Of a stretch of DNA of 64,000 nucleotides, positions 1-9,060 are shown in pieces (the stretch's first letter is position 1; each line of letters starts with the position of its first letter). The DNA is from Solirubrobacterales bacterium. Lineage in GTDB: Bacteria > Actinomycetota > Thermoleophilia > Solirubrobacterales > 70-9. Under the pieces are notes generated by a model. It was not told the DNA's origin. It searched no databases and saw nothing but the letters and a program-made list of their open reading frames with translations. Location: assembly GCA_036271315.1 (NCBI GenBank), contig DATBAV010000042.1, positions 47,256-111,255 of the forward strand. The letters are read 5' to 3'. The position numbers were made by a program, and so were the translations under genes.

Positions 1-561
1 TCCGAGGGCGTCCTGATCGAGGCTACCGGCAGCCCGCCGGGCATGGGCGCGATCTCGGCCCCCGGCTACGGCACCCACCTGTTGGGCCGCCTCGACCGCG
101 CCGCCGACCGGGCGATGATCGGCGCGATGATCGCCGACGAGCCCTCAGGGCGCGTCTTCGGCTCGCGCGCTCCGATCGTCTCCTACCGCTTGGCCAAGAC
201 CGACGAACGCCGCCTCGCCGTCGCGATCGAGGCGATGGCGCGGGTGATGCTGGCGGCCGGCGCCAATGACGTCGAACTGGGCGGCGGCGCCCCACCGGTG
301 CGCTCGGAGACCGAGCTCGAGGCGGCGATGCAGCACCTTGACGTCCGCCGCCTACGCCTCGCCGGCTTCCACCCGAGCGGCACCGCGGCCGCGGGATCGG
401 ACCCAACCCGCCACCCGGTCGACCCCGAAGGGCGCCTGCGCGGCATCGAGGGCGTCTGGGTCGCCGACGGCTCGATCCTCCCCAGCTGCCCCGGCGTGAA
501 CCCCCAGATCTCGATCATGGCGATGGCAGCCGGGGTCGGCGAGGCTGCGGCTAAGGACTAA
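1..561 (+). CDS. GMC-family (choline dehydrogenase-like) oxidoreductase, C-terminal part; 5' end lies upstream of the window
   Basis: Frame 1 is open from nt 1. C-terminal GMC-like region reads ...GFHPSGTAA...GVWVADGSILPSCPGVNPQISIMAMA. GC3 is high. Confidence 0.75.
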   Translation, partial: SEGVLIEATGSPPGMGAISAPGYGTHLLGRLDRAADRAMIGAMIADEPSGRVFGSRAPIVSYRLAKTDERRLAVAIEAMARVMLAAGANDVELGGGAPPVRSETELEAAMQHLDVRRLRLAGFHPSGTAAAGSDPTRHPVDPEGRLRGIEGVWVADGSILPSCPGVNPQISIMAMAAGVGEAAAKD

Positions 562-610
562 AGGACGAACCCTCCATTGACCCCCTAATGGGTAGTGAAC
601 GGGGGTCGCG

Positions 611-1360
611 TCAGCTTCGGTAAGGCAAGCCGGGTCCGGAGCGCTGCCACTCGACCTGGCCTTTGCCCTCGGAGGCCGAGCGGCCGACGACGTCGTCCCA
701 CTCGTGCAGCATCGTCTTCAGCCGCGCCACCGCCTCTGGCGGATGGGCGGCGACCTCACCGGCGAGTGCCAAGGCGGCCTCCTCGGTTGCCGCCGCCGGC
801 GCCACGCGGTTGACCAACCCAAGCCGTAGCGCTTCATCGGCGCCCACCGTGCGCGAGCTGAAGAGCAAGTACTTGGCGGTAGCAAGGCCGCAGAGCGTGA
901 CCAGGCGAGCCGGGCCCACCGGCACGCCGAGGGCCGCGCCGGGGAAGCGCATGCGCAGGTTTGAGCCGCCGACCCGCATGTCGCAGGCGACCGCGATCTC
1001 GGCGCCACCGCCGACCACGTCGCCATGGCAGACCGCGACCGTCGGCTTGGGGAAGGCGACGATCTGGTCGTAGACGTCGGCGAAGAGCTGCATGCGCCGG
1101 ACCTTGCCCTCATCGTCTAGCTCCTCCTTGACGTCGGCGCCAGCCGAGAAGCCCATGTGGTCGGCGGAGCTGAAGACCAGTACCCGCACCGCCTCGTCGC
1201 CGCGCGCCACCGCTAGGTGCTCGAGCAACTCGAGCAGCATCTGGGTGTCGATCGCGTTGCGCGACCTGGGCCGCTGCAGGCGCAGCACCGCCACGCCTCG
1301 CTCGTCGACCTCGTAGCTCGTCACCGCAGTCTCGTCGCTCACCGGCGGCAATCTATTCAT
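611..1360 (-). CDS. enoyl-CoA hydratase/isomerase (crotonase) family protein
   Basis: 249-aa ORF with crotonase hallmarks FSAGADV and GGGAEIAVACD. It overlaps the pth stop by 8 nt. Confidence 0.9.
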   Translation of the reverse strand: MNRLPPVSDETAVTSYEVDERGVAVLRLQRPRSRNAIDTQMLLELLEHLAVARGDEAVRVLVFSSADHMGFSAGADVKEELDDEGKVRRMQLFADVYDQIVAFPKPTVAVCHGDVVGGGAEIAVACDMRVGGSNLRMRFPGAALGVPVGPARLVTLCGLATAKYLLFSSRTVGADEALRLGLVNRVAPAAATEEAALALAGEVAAHPPEAVARLKTMLHEWDDVVGRSASEGKGQVEWQRSGPGLPYRS

Positions 1361-1892
1361 CCAGTTGCGCGATCAGGGTCTCGGCCTCATCGGCGGCTCG
1401 CTCGATTAGCGCCGCCACCTCGTCGCGGGGCTCGCGGAAGCGGCCCAGCACGTAAGCGGCGACGATCTCCGGATCGGTCGAGTCGGGTCTGCCGACCCCG
1501 ACCCGCACGCGCCAGAACTCAGGGTCGCCGAAGCCACGCTTGAGGCTCTTGAGGCCGTTGTGGCCGGCCAGACCGCCCCCGAGCCGCACCCGGACGTCGC
1601 CGAAGGGCAGGTCGATCTCGTCGTGGAGCACGATGACGCGCTCGAGCGGCACCTTGAGCGAGCCGCGCGCCGGGCCGGCCGAGTCGCCGGAAACGTTCAT
1701 CTGAGTCTGCGGCAGCAGAATCGCCACTCGCGGCCCGCCGGGACCGGCGCGCCCTTCGCTCAGCAGGCCGCCGAACTTCGACTTCGCCTTGGGCAGGTCC
1801 CAGCGCCGCGAGAGCTCGGCGGCTACCTCGAAGCCGACGTTATGCCGGGTCGCGGCGAAGCGCTCACCCGGATTGCCGAGGCCGACGATCAA
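1353..1892 (-). CDS. pth: peptidyl-tRNA hydrolase
   Basis: N-terminus MIVGLGNPGERFAATRHNVGF is the classic Pth signature. It is 179 aa and sits next to ctc/rplY. Confidence 0.95.
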   Translation of the reverse strand: MIVGLGNPGERFAATRHNVGFEVAAELSRRWDLPKAKSKFGGLLSEGRAGPGGPRVAILLPQTQMNVSGDSAGPARGSLKVPLERVIVLHDEIDLPFGDVRVRLGGGLAGHNGLKSLKRGFGDPEFWRVRVGVGRPDSTDPEIVAAYVLGRFREPRDEVAALIERAADEAETLIAQLDE

Positions 1893-1957
1893 GATGCGAT
1901 CGCCCTGCTGCTCGCCCTCGCCGCGCTCAGCTCGGCGGCGGCGAAAGATCGACAGGC

Positions 1958-2644
1958 TCAGTCCCCGCCGGAGTCGCCCGAGTCGCCCCCGTCGCCACCA
2001 TCCTCGGCAGCGGCTGCCTCGCCCTCCTCGCCAACCAGCTCGGCCTCCTCCTCGACGGCGGGCTCGGGCTCTTCCTCGACGCGCGGCGGCGAGAGGGTGG
2101 CGATCGTTACCTCCTCGGGGTCATCGGCAACGAGCGTGACGCCCTCGGGCACGACCAGCGCCGAGAGCTGCAAGGTGTCGTTGATCTCCATCGTCGAGAC
2201 GTCGGCGACGATGCGATCGGGAATCTCGGTGGGCAGCGCTTCGACCGTGACTTCACGGGTGACGTGCTCGAGCACGCCGCCGCCCTTGACGCCGGGAGCG
2301 GAATCGGTCCCCTCCAGCTCGATCGTGACCTCGGCCTGGATCGCCTCATCGAGGCGGACCTCTTGCAGGTCGATGTGCTGGAGGCTGCCGCGCACCGGAT
2401 GGTGCTGCTGCTCCTTGACCACGACCGGGACGGATTTGCCGCCCTCGATCTCGAGGTCGAAGAGCGCGGCGCCTTCGCCGAGCACGTTGCGGATCTCGCG
2501 TTCGGGCGCCTGGAAGGCGCGCGACTCGGCGCCACCGCTATAGACGACGCCCGGCACCAGGCCCTCGCGCCGCAGGCGACGGGAGGTGCGGGAGCCGAAA
2601 TCGCTGCGCGGGGCAGCCTTGAGAGTTTCGCGTCCTTTGGCCAT
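1958..2644 (-). CDS. rplY: 50S ribosomal protein L25 / general stress protein Ctc
   Basis: The track ORF 1958-2818 was trimmed to the ATG at 2644 (MAKGRETLKAAPR...). It has an L25-type N-terminal domain (RRLRREGLVPGVVY), an acidic Gly/Asp/Glu tail and conserved pth adjacency. Confidence 0.9.
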   Translation of the reverse strand: MAKGRETLKAAPRSDFGSRTSRRLRREGLVPGVVYSGGAESRAFQAPEREIRNVLGEGAALFDLEIEGGKSVPVVVKEQQHHPVRGSLQHIDLQEVRLDEAIQAEVTIELEGTDSAPGVKGGGVLEHVTREVTVEALPTEIPDRIVADVSTMEINDTLQLSALVVPEGVTLVADDPEEVTIATLSPPRVEEEPEPAVEEEAELVGEEGEAAAAEDGGDGGDSGDSGGD

Positions 2645-2768
2645 TCGGACGGGAGAGGATAGAGAAAGAGGCGAATTCGGAACCTGTGGCAACCTAGGGA
2701 CCGCATGAGTGCGGCAGCGATCGAGCGTCCATATCTGATTTTTCGAGAGGGAGCAAAGCGCGAAATTT

Positions 2769-4202
2769 ATGTCTGAGGGCTCAAAGATCCCCAAGGGACG
2801 GGTTCGTCGTTCGGCCAAGCTGGGCTCGATCGTCGGAGTCCAAGGCGCCCGTTACGCCGGCACGAAGGCGACGAACGTCGGCCGCTCCGAGGAATCGAGC
2901 AAGGAGCGACTCGAGCAGCGCCACCTCGAGACAGCGATGAAGATGGTCGGCGCCCTGGGCCAGATGAAGGGCGCGGCGATGAAGCTCGGCCAGTTCGCCT
3001 CCTTCATCGACACCGAGTTCATCCCCGACGAGTACCGCGAGATCTATCAGGAGCAGTTGGCGAAGCTGCGCACCGATGCGCCGGCGATGCCCTGGGAGAA
3101 GGTCGAGAAGGTGCTCGAGGAGGAGTACGACGGAGAACCGCTCTCCGAGCTCTTCGCCGAGTTCGAGCACGAGGCCTTCGCCGCCGCCTCGATCGGCCAG
3201 GTCCACCGGGCTGAGCTGCTCGACGGGCGCACGGTCGCAGTGAAGATCCAGTACCCCGGGATCGCCGAGGCGCTCGATGCCGACCTGCGCAACGCCGGCA
3301 CGATCGTCCGCCTCGCCCGCGCCCTCGCCCCCGGCCTCGACGCCAAGGCAATCGCCAAAGAGCTGCGCGAACGGGTGATGGAGGAGCTCGACTACGAGTA
3401 CGAGGCGCAGAACCAGCGCACCTTCTCGCGCGCCTACCGTGACCACCCCTTCATCTACGTGCCGGAAGTGATCACCCGACTCTCGCGCCGCCGCGTGCTG
3501 GTCACCGAGCTGGTCGAAGGGCTCGACTTCGAGCAGGTCAAGGCGCTGCCTCACGAGGAGCGCAGCCGCTTCGGCGAGATCGTCTTCCGCGGCAGCTTCG
3601 GCTCGATCTACCACCTGCAGCACTTCAACGCCGACCCCCACCCCGGCAACTACATCCTGCTGGGCGATGGCCGCGTCGCCTTCCTCGACTTCGGCATGAC
3701 CAAGAAGCTCGACCACGAGCAGATCGTGCTCGAGCAGCGCGCCTTCGACGCCGCCTCGCGCGACGATCCGGAGGACTTCCGCAAGGCCCTGCACGACCTC
3801 GGCTTCATCAAGAACCCCTCCAAGCTCGACGCCGAGCGGCTGCTCGAGCACATGCGCGCGGTCGGCGGCTGGTACATCGAAGACCGCGAGATCGAGATCA
3901 GCGCCAAACGGGTGATGAAGATCATCGAGTCGACCAACGACCCGCGCTCGGAGTACTACGACCTGATGCGACGCGAGGCAATGCCGGCCGACGAGCTAAT
4001 GGGACGGCGGATGGAAATCGGCGTCGTCGCCGTGCTCGGCCAGCTCAAAGCCAAGCGCAACTGGCACCGGATCATGCGCGAGTGGATCTACGCCGACGCG
4101 CCGGCGACCCCGCTGGGCGAGGAGGAGTGGGAGTACTTCGAGGGAAGAGGCGTAATGCAGATGCCGATAATCGAGCGGTCCCTGGAAGGAGAGCAGCGAT
4201 GA
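2769..4202 (+). CDS. ABC1/UbiB (AarF) family atypical kinase
   Basis: 477 aa with ABC1 motifs AAASIGQVHRA, VAVKIQYPG and FNADPHPGNY. Confidence 0.9.
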   Translation: MSEGSKIPKGRVRRSAKLGSIVGVQGARYAGTKATNVGRSEESSKERLEQRHLETAMKMVGALGQMKGAAMKLGQFASFIDTEFIPDEYREIYQEQLAKLRTDAPAMPWEKVEKVLEEEYDGEPLSELFAEFEHEAFAAASIGQVHRAELLDGRTVAVKIQYPGIAEALDADLRNAGTIVRLARALAPGLDAKAIAKELRERVMEELDYEYEAQNQRTFSRAYRDHPFIYVPEVITRLSRRRVLVTELVEGLDFEQVKALPHEERSRFGEIVFRGSFGSIYHLQHFNADPHPGNYILLGDGRVAFLDFGMTKKLDHEQIVLEQRAFDAASRDDPEDFRKALHDLGFIKNPSKLDAERLLEHMRAVGGWYIEDREIEISAKRVMKIIESTNDPRSEYYDLMRREAMPADELMGRRMEIGVVAVLGQLKAKRNWHRIMREWIYADAPATPLGEEEWEYFEGRGVMQMPIIERSLEGEQR

Positions 4203-5059
4203 GCCGGATCAAACGCGGTTGGGCGTTGACCAAGAAGAGCTGGGGACTGCTGCGCGAGAACCCCGAGCTGCTGCGCTTCCCGCTCTACGGCGGGGCGGCG
4301 ACGATCGTCGCCGCGATCATCGTCATCGGGCCCGGCCTGCTCCTGATCGAGAACGACCAGACGGTCTTCGGCGGCGCCGTGGCGGTGATCGGCTTCTACC
4401 TGCTCGCCGTGATCGGCACCTACTTCAGCGTTGGCCTCGCCGCCGCCGCGAACATGATCTTCCAGGGCCAGCAGGCAACGGTCGCCGATGGACTGGCCGT
4501 ATCGCGCAGCCGCTTCTCACAGATCGCCGGTTGGGCAGCCGTCTCGACCACGATCGGCCTCGTCCTCAGCGCGCTCGAGAACCAGGGTGTGGTCGGCGAG
4601 ATCGTCGGCCGCCTGCTTGCCATCGGCTGGTCGCTGATCACCTTCCTCGCCGTGCCGGTGATCGCGCTCGAGGGAACCGGCCCGTTGCAGACGCTGAAGC
4701 GCTCCTCGAGCCTCTTCAAGTCGCGCTGGGGCGCCCAGGTGACGGGCAACATCGCGATCGGCGGCGCCGTCTTCCTCTTCGGCATGCTGCCGTCGGCGTT
4801 GCTGATCTTCGCCGGCTTCCTAATCTGGGCATCGGCCAGCTTCGCCGGCGCCTTGCTGTTGGTGATCGGGGTAATCGGCCTGGCGATCTCGGTGCTGATC
4901 TCGAGCGCCCTCAGCAACATCTTCGGCGTCGCCCTCTACCGCTACGCCCTCGACGGCAACGCGGTCGGCGGCTTCACCGCCGATGAGCTCAACTCGGCGG
5001 TCAAGACCAAAGGCGGCGACCGCAACGCCCCACCCACAGCCACTCCCGGCACCGTCTAG
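4199..5059 (+). CDS. multi-pass integral membrane protein of unknown function
   Basis: The start was moved to the ATG at 4199, which overlaps the upstream TGA (ATGA). The protein begins MSRIKRGWALTKKSW and has several long hydrophobic segments and high GC3. Confidence 0.7.
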   Translation: MSRIKRGWALTKKSWGLLRENPELLRFPLYGGAATIVAAIIVIGPGLLLIENDQTVFGGAVAVIGFYLLAVIGTYFSVGLAAAANMIFQGQQATVADGLAVSRSRFSQIAGWAAVSTTIGLVLSALENQGVVGEIVGRLLAIGWSLITFLAVPVIALEGTGPLQTLKRSSSLFKSRWGAQVTGNIAIGGAVFLFGMLPSALLIFAGFLIWASASFAGALLLVIGVIGLAISVLISSALSNIFGVALYRYALDGNAVGGFTADELNSAVKTKGGDRNAPPTATPGTV

Positions 5060-5068
5060 ACGTCGGGC

Positions 5069-5797
5069 CTAGCCGAGCTGAGCGAAGAGGCGGGGGTCGT
5101 TGGAGACCAGGCCGTTGACGCCGGTCGCGACGAGCTTGTTCATCCGCTCCAGGTCGTCGACGGTCCAGGCGATCAGCTCGACCCCGGCGAGCTCGGTGAT
5201 GCGGGCGAGGCGGCGGCTGACCAGCGGGTGGTAGACCCACATCGACTCGACCCCGAACTTGGGCAGCTTCTCGGCGGCAAGGCCGGGCAGGCGCTGGCGC
5301 ATCGCCACCAGGGCGGCCAGCAACGGGCCCTTGGCCCAGCGCTTCGAGGTCCAGTCCTTGGTCACCTTGGGGTAGGTCCAGCCGCGGCGCAGTTTCGGTT
5401 CGAGCTCGAGGATGCGGCCGAGCGAGTAGAGCTCCATCGTCGAGACCATCGCGCGGCCGACCAGGTCGCGCTCGCGCAGCGCCGTCACGATCTCCTCCTC
5501 GCGGCCCGGCAACTTGATGTCGATGTCGATCTCGACCTCGTCCAGCGGCGGCTCGAGGAAGGCGTCGAGCGCCTCGGTCAGTTGCAGCGGCGTGCGGCTC
5601 TGCGCGTCGTCCCAGTCGTGGGCGACGACCAGCGGCGCCCGCTCCTCCGCCGGCAGGTGGGCGTCGCGCAGCCAGAGCACGTCGAGCTCGATCGTGTCGA
5701 CCCCGGCCTCGACGCCGGCGACGAAGCTCTCGAGCGTGTTGCCGGGGGCGATCAGGTCGGCGCCCTTGTGGCCGACCAAGCGCAGGCTCTCGGGCAC
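5069..5797 (-). CDS. glycerophosphodiester phosphodiesterase (GDPD) family protein
   Basis: Only the C-terminal 243 aa of track ORF 5069-6415 look coding; the rest overlaps prs. A GTG at 5797 shares one nt with the prs TAG (CTAGTG). GDPD-like motifs are VGHKGA..PGNTLESF and TIELDV. Confidence 0.85.
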   Translation of the reverse strand: MPESLRLVGHKGADLIAPGNTLESFVAGVEAGVDTIELDVLWLRDAHLPAEERAPLVVAHDWDDAQSRTPLQLTEALDAFLEPPLDEVEIDIDIKLPGREEEIVTALRERDLVGRAMVSTMELYSLGRILELEPKLRRGWTYPKVTKDWTSKRWAKGPLLAALVAMRQRLPGLAAEKLPKFGVESMWVYHPLVSRRLARITELAGVELIAWTVDDLERMNKLVATGVNGLVSNDPRLFAQLG

Positions 5798-6834
5798 TAG
5801 AAGAGCTGGTTCTCGCCGGCGAAGATCTCGGAGACCGAGTCGTCGGTGAAGATGCGGCGGATCGAGTCGGCGAAGGTGCCGGCGGTGGAGAGCACGGTGA
5901 TGTTGTCCGGGGCGCCGGGGCGTAGCGGGATCGTGTCGCTGACGACGATCTGCTCGATGTTGGAGTTCTCGTAGGCAAGCCGCTCGTAGGCCGGGCCGGA
6001 GAAGACACCGTGGGTGGCGCAGGCGATCACCCGCGCGGCGCCCTCGTCGAGCACGGTCTGGGCAGCGGCGCAGAGGGTGCCGGCGGTGTCGATCATGTCG
6101 TCGACCAGGACGGCGGTCTTGCCTTTGACGTCGCCGACCACGTAGCCGATCTCGGCCACCTGCTGTGCCGGGCGCTCCTTCTCCATCACCGCCCAGTGGG
6201 TGCCGATGCGGCGAGCGAAGTTGCGCGCCGTCTTCACCCGGCCGGCGTCGGGCGAGACGATCACCAGGTCCTCGGCCGGGTGCTGGTCGGCGAACCACTG
6301 GGTCAGCATCGGCATCGCCGTCATGTGGTCGACCGGGACGTGGAAGAAGCCCTGCACCTGGCCCGCGTGGAGGTCCATGGTCAGCACGCGATCGACGCCG
6401 ACGCCCTCCAGGCACTTGGCGACGATGCGGGCCGAGATCGGCTCGCGCGGCGCCGACTTCTTGTCCTGGCGGGCATAGCCGTACCAGGGCATCACGGCGA
6501 TGATCCTGTGCGCGGAGGCCCCCTGCGCCGCATCGATCATCGTCAGCAGCTCGATCAGCGAGTCGTTCGGAGTCATCCCGGAGTGCTCGTTGGCGCAGGT
6601 CGACTGAACGATGAAGACGTCGGCGCCGCGGATCGACTCCTCGTAGCGGCAGTAGACCTCGCCGTTGGCGAAGGTCTTCAGCGTCACCTGGCCGAGGTCG
6701 ACATCGAGCTTGCCGGCGACCTTGGCGGCGAGCTCCATCGAGCTGCGGCCGCCGAAGACCATCATCCGCTTCGAGTAGTCGTGGGTGATGGCGCTTGACG
6801 GCACCGACTCGGGTCGCTCCTCGATCGTGCTCAC
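5797..6834 (-). CDS. prs: ribose-phosphate pyrophosphokinase
   Basis: Motifs MDLHAGQVQGFF and the PRPP loop VLVDDMIDTAGT. It is 345 aa and lies downstream of glmU. Confidence 0.95.
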   Translation of the reverse strand: MSTIEERPESVPSSAITHDYSKRMMVFGGRSSMELAAKVAGKLDVDLGQVTLKTFANGEVYCRYEESIRGADVFIVQSTCANEHSGMTPNDSLIELLTMIDAAQGASAHRIIAVMPWYGYARQDKKSAPREPISARIVAKCLEGVGVDRVLTMDLHAGQVQGFFHVPVDHMTAMPMLTQWFADQHPAEDLVIVSPDAGRVKTARNFARRIGTHWAVMEKERPAQQVAEIGYVVGDVKGKTAVLVDDMIDTAGTLCAAAQTVLDEGAARVIACATHGVFSGPAYERLAYENSNIEQIVVSDTIPLRPGAPDNITVLSTAGTFADSIRRIFTDDSVSEIFAGENQLF

Positions 6835-8225
6835 GGGGTTTGCTCCTCCTGCATCTTGGCGGCCTTGCGGGCGGCGTAGCCCTCGATGTTCCGTTGCTCG
6901 TTCTCGCTTACGGCGAGTGTGCCCTCGGGCACGTCGCTCTTGATCACTGCCCCGGCGCCAGTGTAAGCACCGTCGCCGACTTCTACCGGCGCGATCAGCA
7001 TCGTGTCAACGCCGAGGCGCGCATTCTCGCCGATCACAGTCCGGTTCTTGCGGAAACCGTCGTAGTTGGCGGTGATCGTGCCGGCACCGAGGTTGCTGCC
7101 AGCACCCACCTCGGCATCGCCGACGTAGGCGAGATGCGGCACCTTGGCGCCCGCGCCGATGCGCGAGTTCTTGATCTCGACGAAGGTGCCCGCCTTGGCG
7201 CCCTCAGCGAGCTCGGCTCCCGGCCGCAGGTAGGCGAACGGCCCGACGTTGGCGTTGTCGGCGACGACGCAATCGACCAGGTAGGAGTGTGGCACCGAGA
7301 CGTTGGTGCCGAGCTCGGCGTCGATCAGGGTGCTCAGCGGCCCGACAGTGGTGCAGCCGCCGATCTTGGTTTCACCGCGCAGGCTGGTCCCGGGCTCGAT
7401 GCGGGCGTCGGCGGCGATCTCGACCCCAACGTCGACCCAGGTCGACCCCGGATCGACGACGGTGACGCCGGCGAGCATGTGGCGCCGGAGGATGCGGCGG
7501 CGTGCCTCGGCCTCGACCGCGGCGAGGTCGGCGCGGTTGTTGATCCCCATCGTCACGGCCAGGTCGTCGGCGAGATGAGCGCCGACCGCGTGGCCGGCCT
7601 CGCGCAGGGCGGGCAGCACATCGGGTAGGTAGTACTCGCCCTGGGCGTTGTCGTTGGAGAGGCCGGCGAGCGCCGCCGCGAGCGGTCCCGCCTGGAAGAC
7701 ATAGGTGCCGGCATTGATCTCGCGGATCGCCAGCTGCTCAGCTGTCGCGTCTCCGGCCGCCTTGGCCTCGACCACCCGCTCCACCCCGCCCTCGCCGTCG
7801 CGCACGACCCGCCCATAGGACCCGGGGTCGTCGAGCTCGATCGTCAGCATCGTCGCCGCCGCCCCGGAAGACTCGTGCGCCGCGAGCAGCCCGCCGATCG
7901 TCTCGGCCGAGATCAGCGGCACATCGCCGGAGAGCACCAGCACCGTCTCGGCCTCTTCGATCAGCCGTAGCGCAGCACGTACCGCTCCACCGGTTCCATC
8001 GGGCTCGGCTTGGACAACGGTCTCGACTCCGTCAGGCAGCCCAGAAGCTATTTCCTGACCAGGGGAGACAATCGCGGCAACTAGTCCAGCGCCTGCTTTT
8101 TGGGCGGCCATGATCGGCCACGCAACCATCTCCCGCCCACAGACGGGATGGAGCACCTTTGGCAGGCTGGAACGCATCCGCGTCCCTTGTCCTGCCGCCA
8201 TGACCAGGACGAGCGGCGAACTCAC
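6831..8225 (-). CDS. glmU: bifunctional UDP-N-acetylglucosamine pyrophosphorylase / glucosamine-1-phosphate N-acetyltransferase
   Basis: N-terminal MAAGQGTRMRS nucleotidyltransferase motif and C-terminal left-handed beta-helix hexapeptide repeats. It is 464 aa and overlaps prs by 4 nt. Confidence 0.95.
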   Translation of the reverse strand: MSSPLVLVMAAGQGTRMRSSLPKVLHPVCGREMVAWPIMAAQKAGAGLVAAIVSPGQEIASGLPDGVETVVQAEPDGTGGAVRAALRLIEEAETVLVLSGDVPLISAETIGGLLAAHESSGAAATMLTIELDDPGSYGRVVRDGEGGVERVVEAKAAGDATAEQLAIREINAGTYVFQAGPLAAALAGLSNDNAQGEYYLPDVLPALREAGHAVGAHLADDLAVTMGINNRADLAAVEAEARRRILRRHMLAGVTVVDPGSTWVDVGVEIAADARIEPGTSLRGETKIGGCTTVGPLSTLIDAELGTNVSVPHSYLVDCVVADNANVGPFAYLRPGAELAEGAKAGTFVEIKNSRIGAGAKVPHLAYVGDAEVGAGSNLGAGTITANYDGFRKNRTVIGENARLGVDTMLIAPVEVGDGAYTGAGAVIKSDVPEGTLAVSENEQRNIEGYAARKAAKMQEEQTP

Positions 8226-8245
8226 CCCAGGATCGTAGTGGCGAA

Positions 8246-8349
8246 GAGGGGTCGTGTGCCCCTCTCACAGAGGCTTGGCGACCACATCCCAAATCGCCCA
8301 AGACGATCTGCTGCGCAACGGCCTCTGAGAGAGGGGCACACGACCCCTC
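8246..8349. repeat. 104-nt dyad element with 29-nt inverted arms (28/29 complementary); each arm is itself a hairpin
   Basis: GAGGGGTCGTGTGCCCCTCTCACAGAGGC (8246-8274) pairs with GCCTCTGAGAGAGGGGCACACGACCCCTC (8321-8349). Each arm contains GAGGGG-N7-CCCCTC. Confidence 0.8.
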
Positions 8350-8355
8350 CGCACA

Positions 8356-8928
8356 TCACGTTCCTCGGGCGAGATCCCTGCCGACCAGGGCTACCGAAGT
8401 AAGCGTCCAGCCAGCAAAGATCAGGTCGATCCCGACCAGCAGCCCGATCGCCCAGTCGGCGCTGCTGGGGAACTTGGCGAGAACGAGGATGCCGACGAGC
8501 AGACCGGCGACGCCGCTGAGGCCGACCAGGCCGGCCCCTTCCTGGCCGCGAGCGGCGAAGGCGACGGCGATCCGGGTCAGGCCCATGAAGAGGAAGTAGA
8601 TGCCCAGCACCAGGGTCAGCGTGAGCGTGCCGTTGTGCGGTTCGACGATCAGCCAGAGCCCGACGATCACCGTCAGCAGCGCCCAGATCAGGCGCAGGAC
8701 GACGCTGCCGATCGAGTGCGCCATGAAGGCGCCGGCGACCAGAAAGGCACCGGCGATGACGAGGATCCAACCGATGAAGATCGCGGTGCCGACCGAGGCG
8801 ACCTCCGGCACGACGATCGCCACGCAGCCGATGAAGATCGCCACGACCCCGACCGCCATCAGCGCCTTCCAGCTGCGCTTCAGGCCCTCGCGAATCTCCG
8901 GGTCCATCGTGGGAGTCCCCATCTCCAT
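8356..8928 (-). CDS. HdeD/DUF308-like membrane protein
   Basis: 190 aa with about six TM helices and the repeated pattern typical of HdeD-family proteins (GVVAIFIGCVAIVVP..., GIYFLFMGLTRI). Confidence 0.75.
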   Translation of the reverse strand: MEMGTPTMDPEIREGLKRSWKALMAVGVVAIFIGCVAIVVPEVASVGTAIFIGWILVIAGAFLVAGAFMAHSIGSVVLRLIWALLTVIVGLWLIVEPHNGTLTLTLVLGIYFLFMGLTRIAVAFAARGQEGAGLVGLSGVAGLLVGILVLAKFPSSADWAIGLLVGIDLIFAGWTLTSVALVGRDLARGT

Positions 8929-8973
8929 GTGGCAACCCTAAGCCGCTATCCGGACGCTAGGCTCGGAACCCGC

Positions 8974-9046
8974 TCCGGGGTGGTGTAATCGGCCAGCACG
9001 CTTGGTTTTGGTCCAAGAAGAGAGGGTTCGAGTCCTTCCCCCGGAA
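8974..9046 (+). tRNA. tRNA-Gln (anticodon UUG)
   Basis: Hand-folded cloverleaf. Acceptor stem is TCCGGGG/CCCCGGA and D stem is GTGT/GCAC. Anticodon stem is CTTGG/CCAAG with loop TTTTGGT. T arm is GAGGG-TTCGAGT-CCTTC. Total 73 nt with no encoded CCA. Confidence 0.9.
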
Positions 9047-9060
9047 CTTTCGGGACCGTT

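Noticed and set aside
5798-6415. N-terminal 206-aa extension of the GDPD ORF
   Set aside because: It fully overlaps prs in another frame and is Arg/Gly/Pro-rich. GDPD homology begins right after the GTG at 5797.
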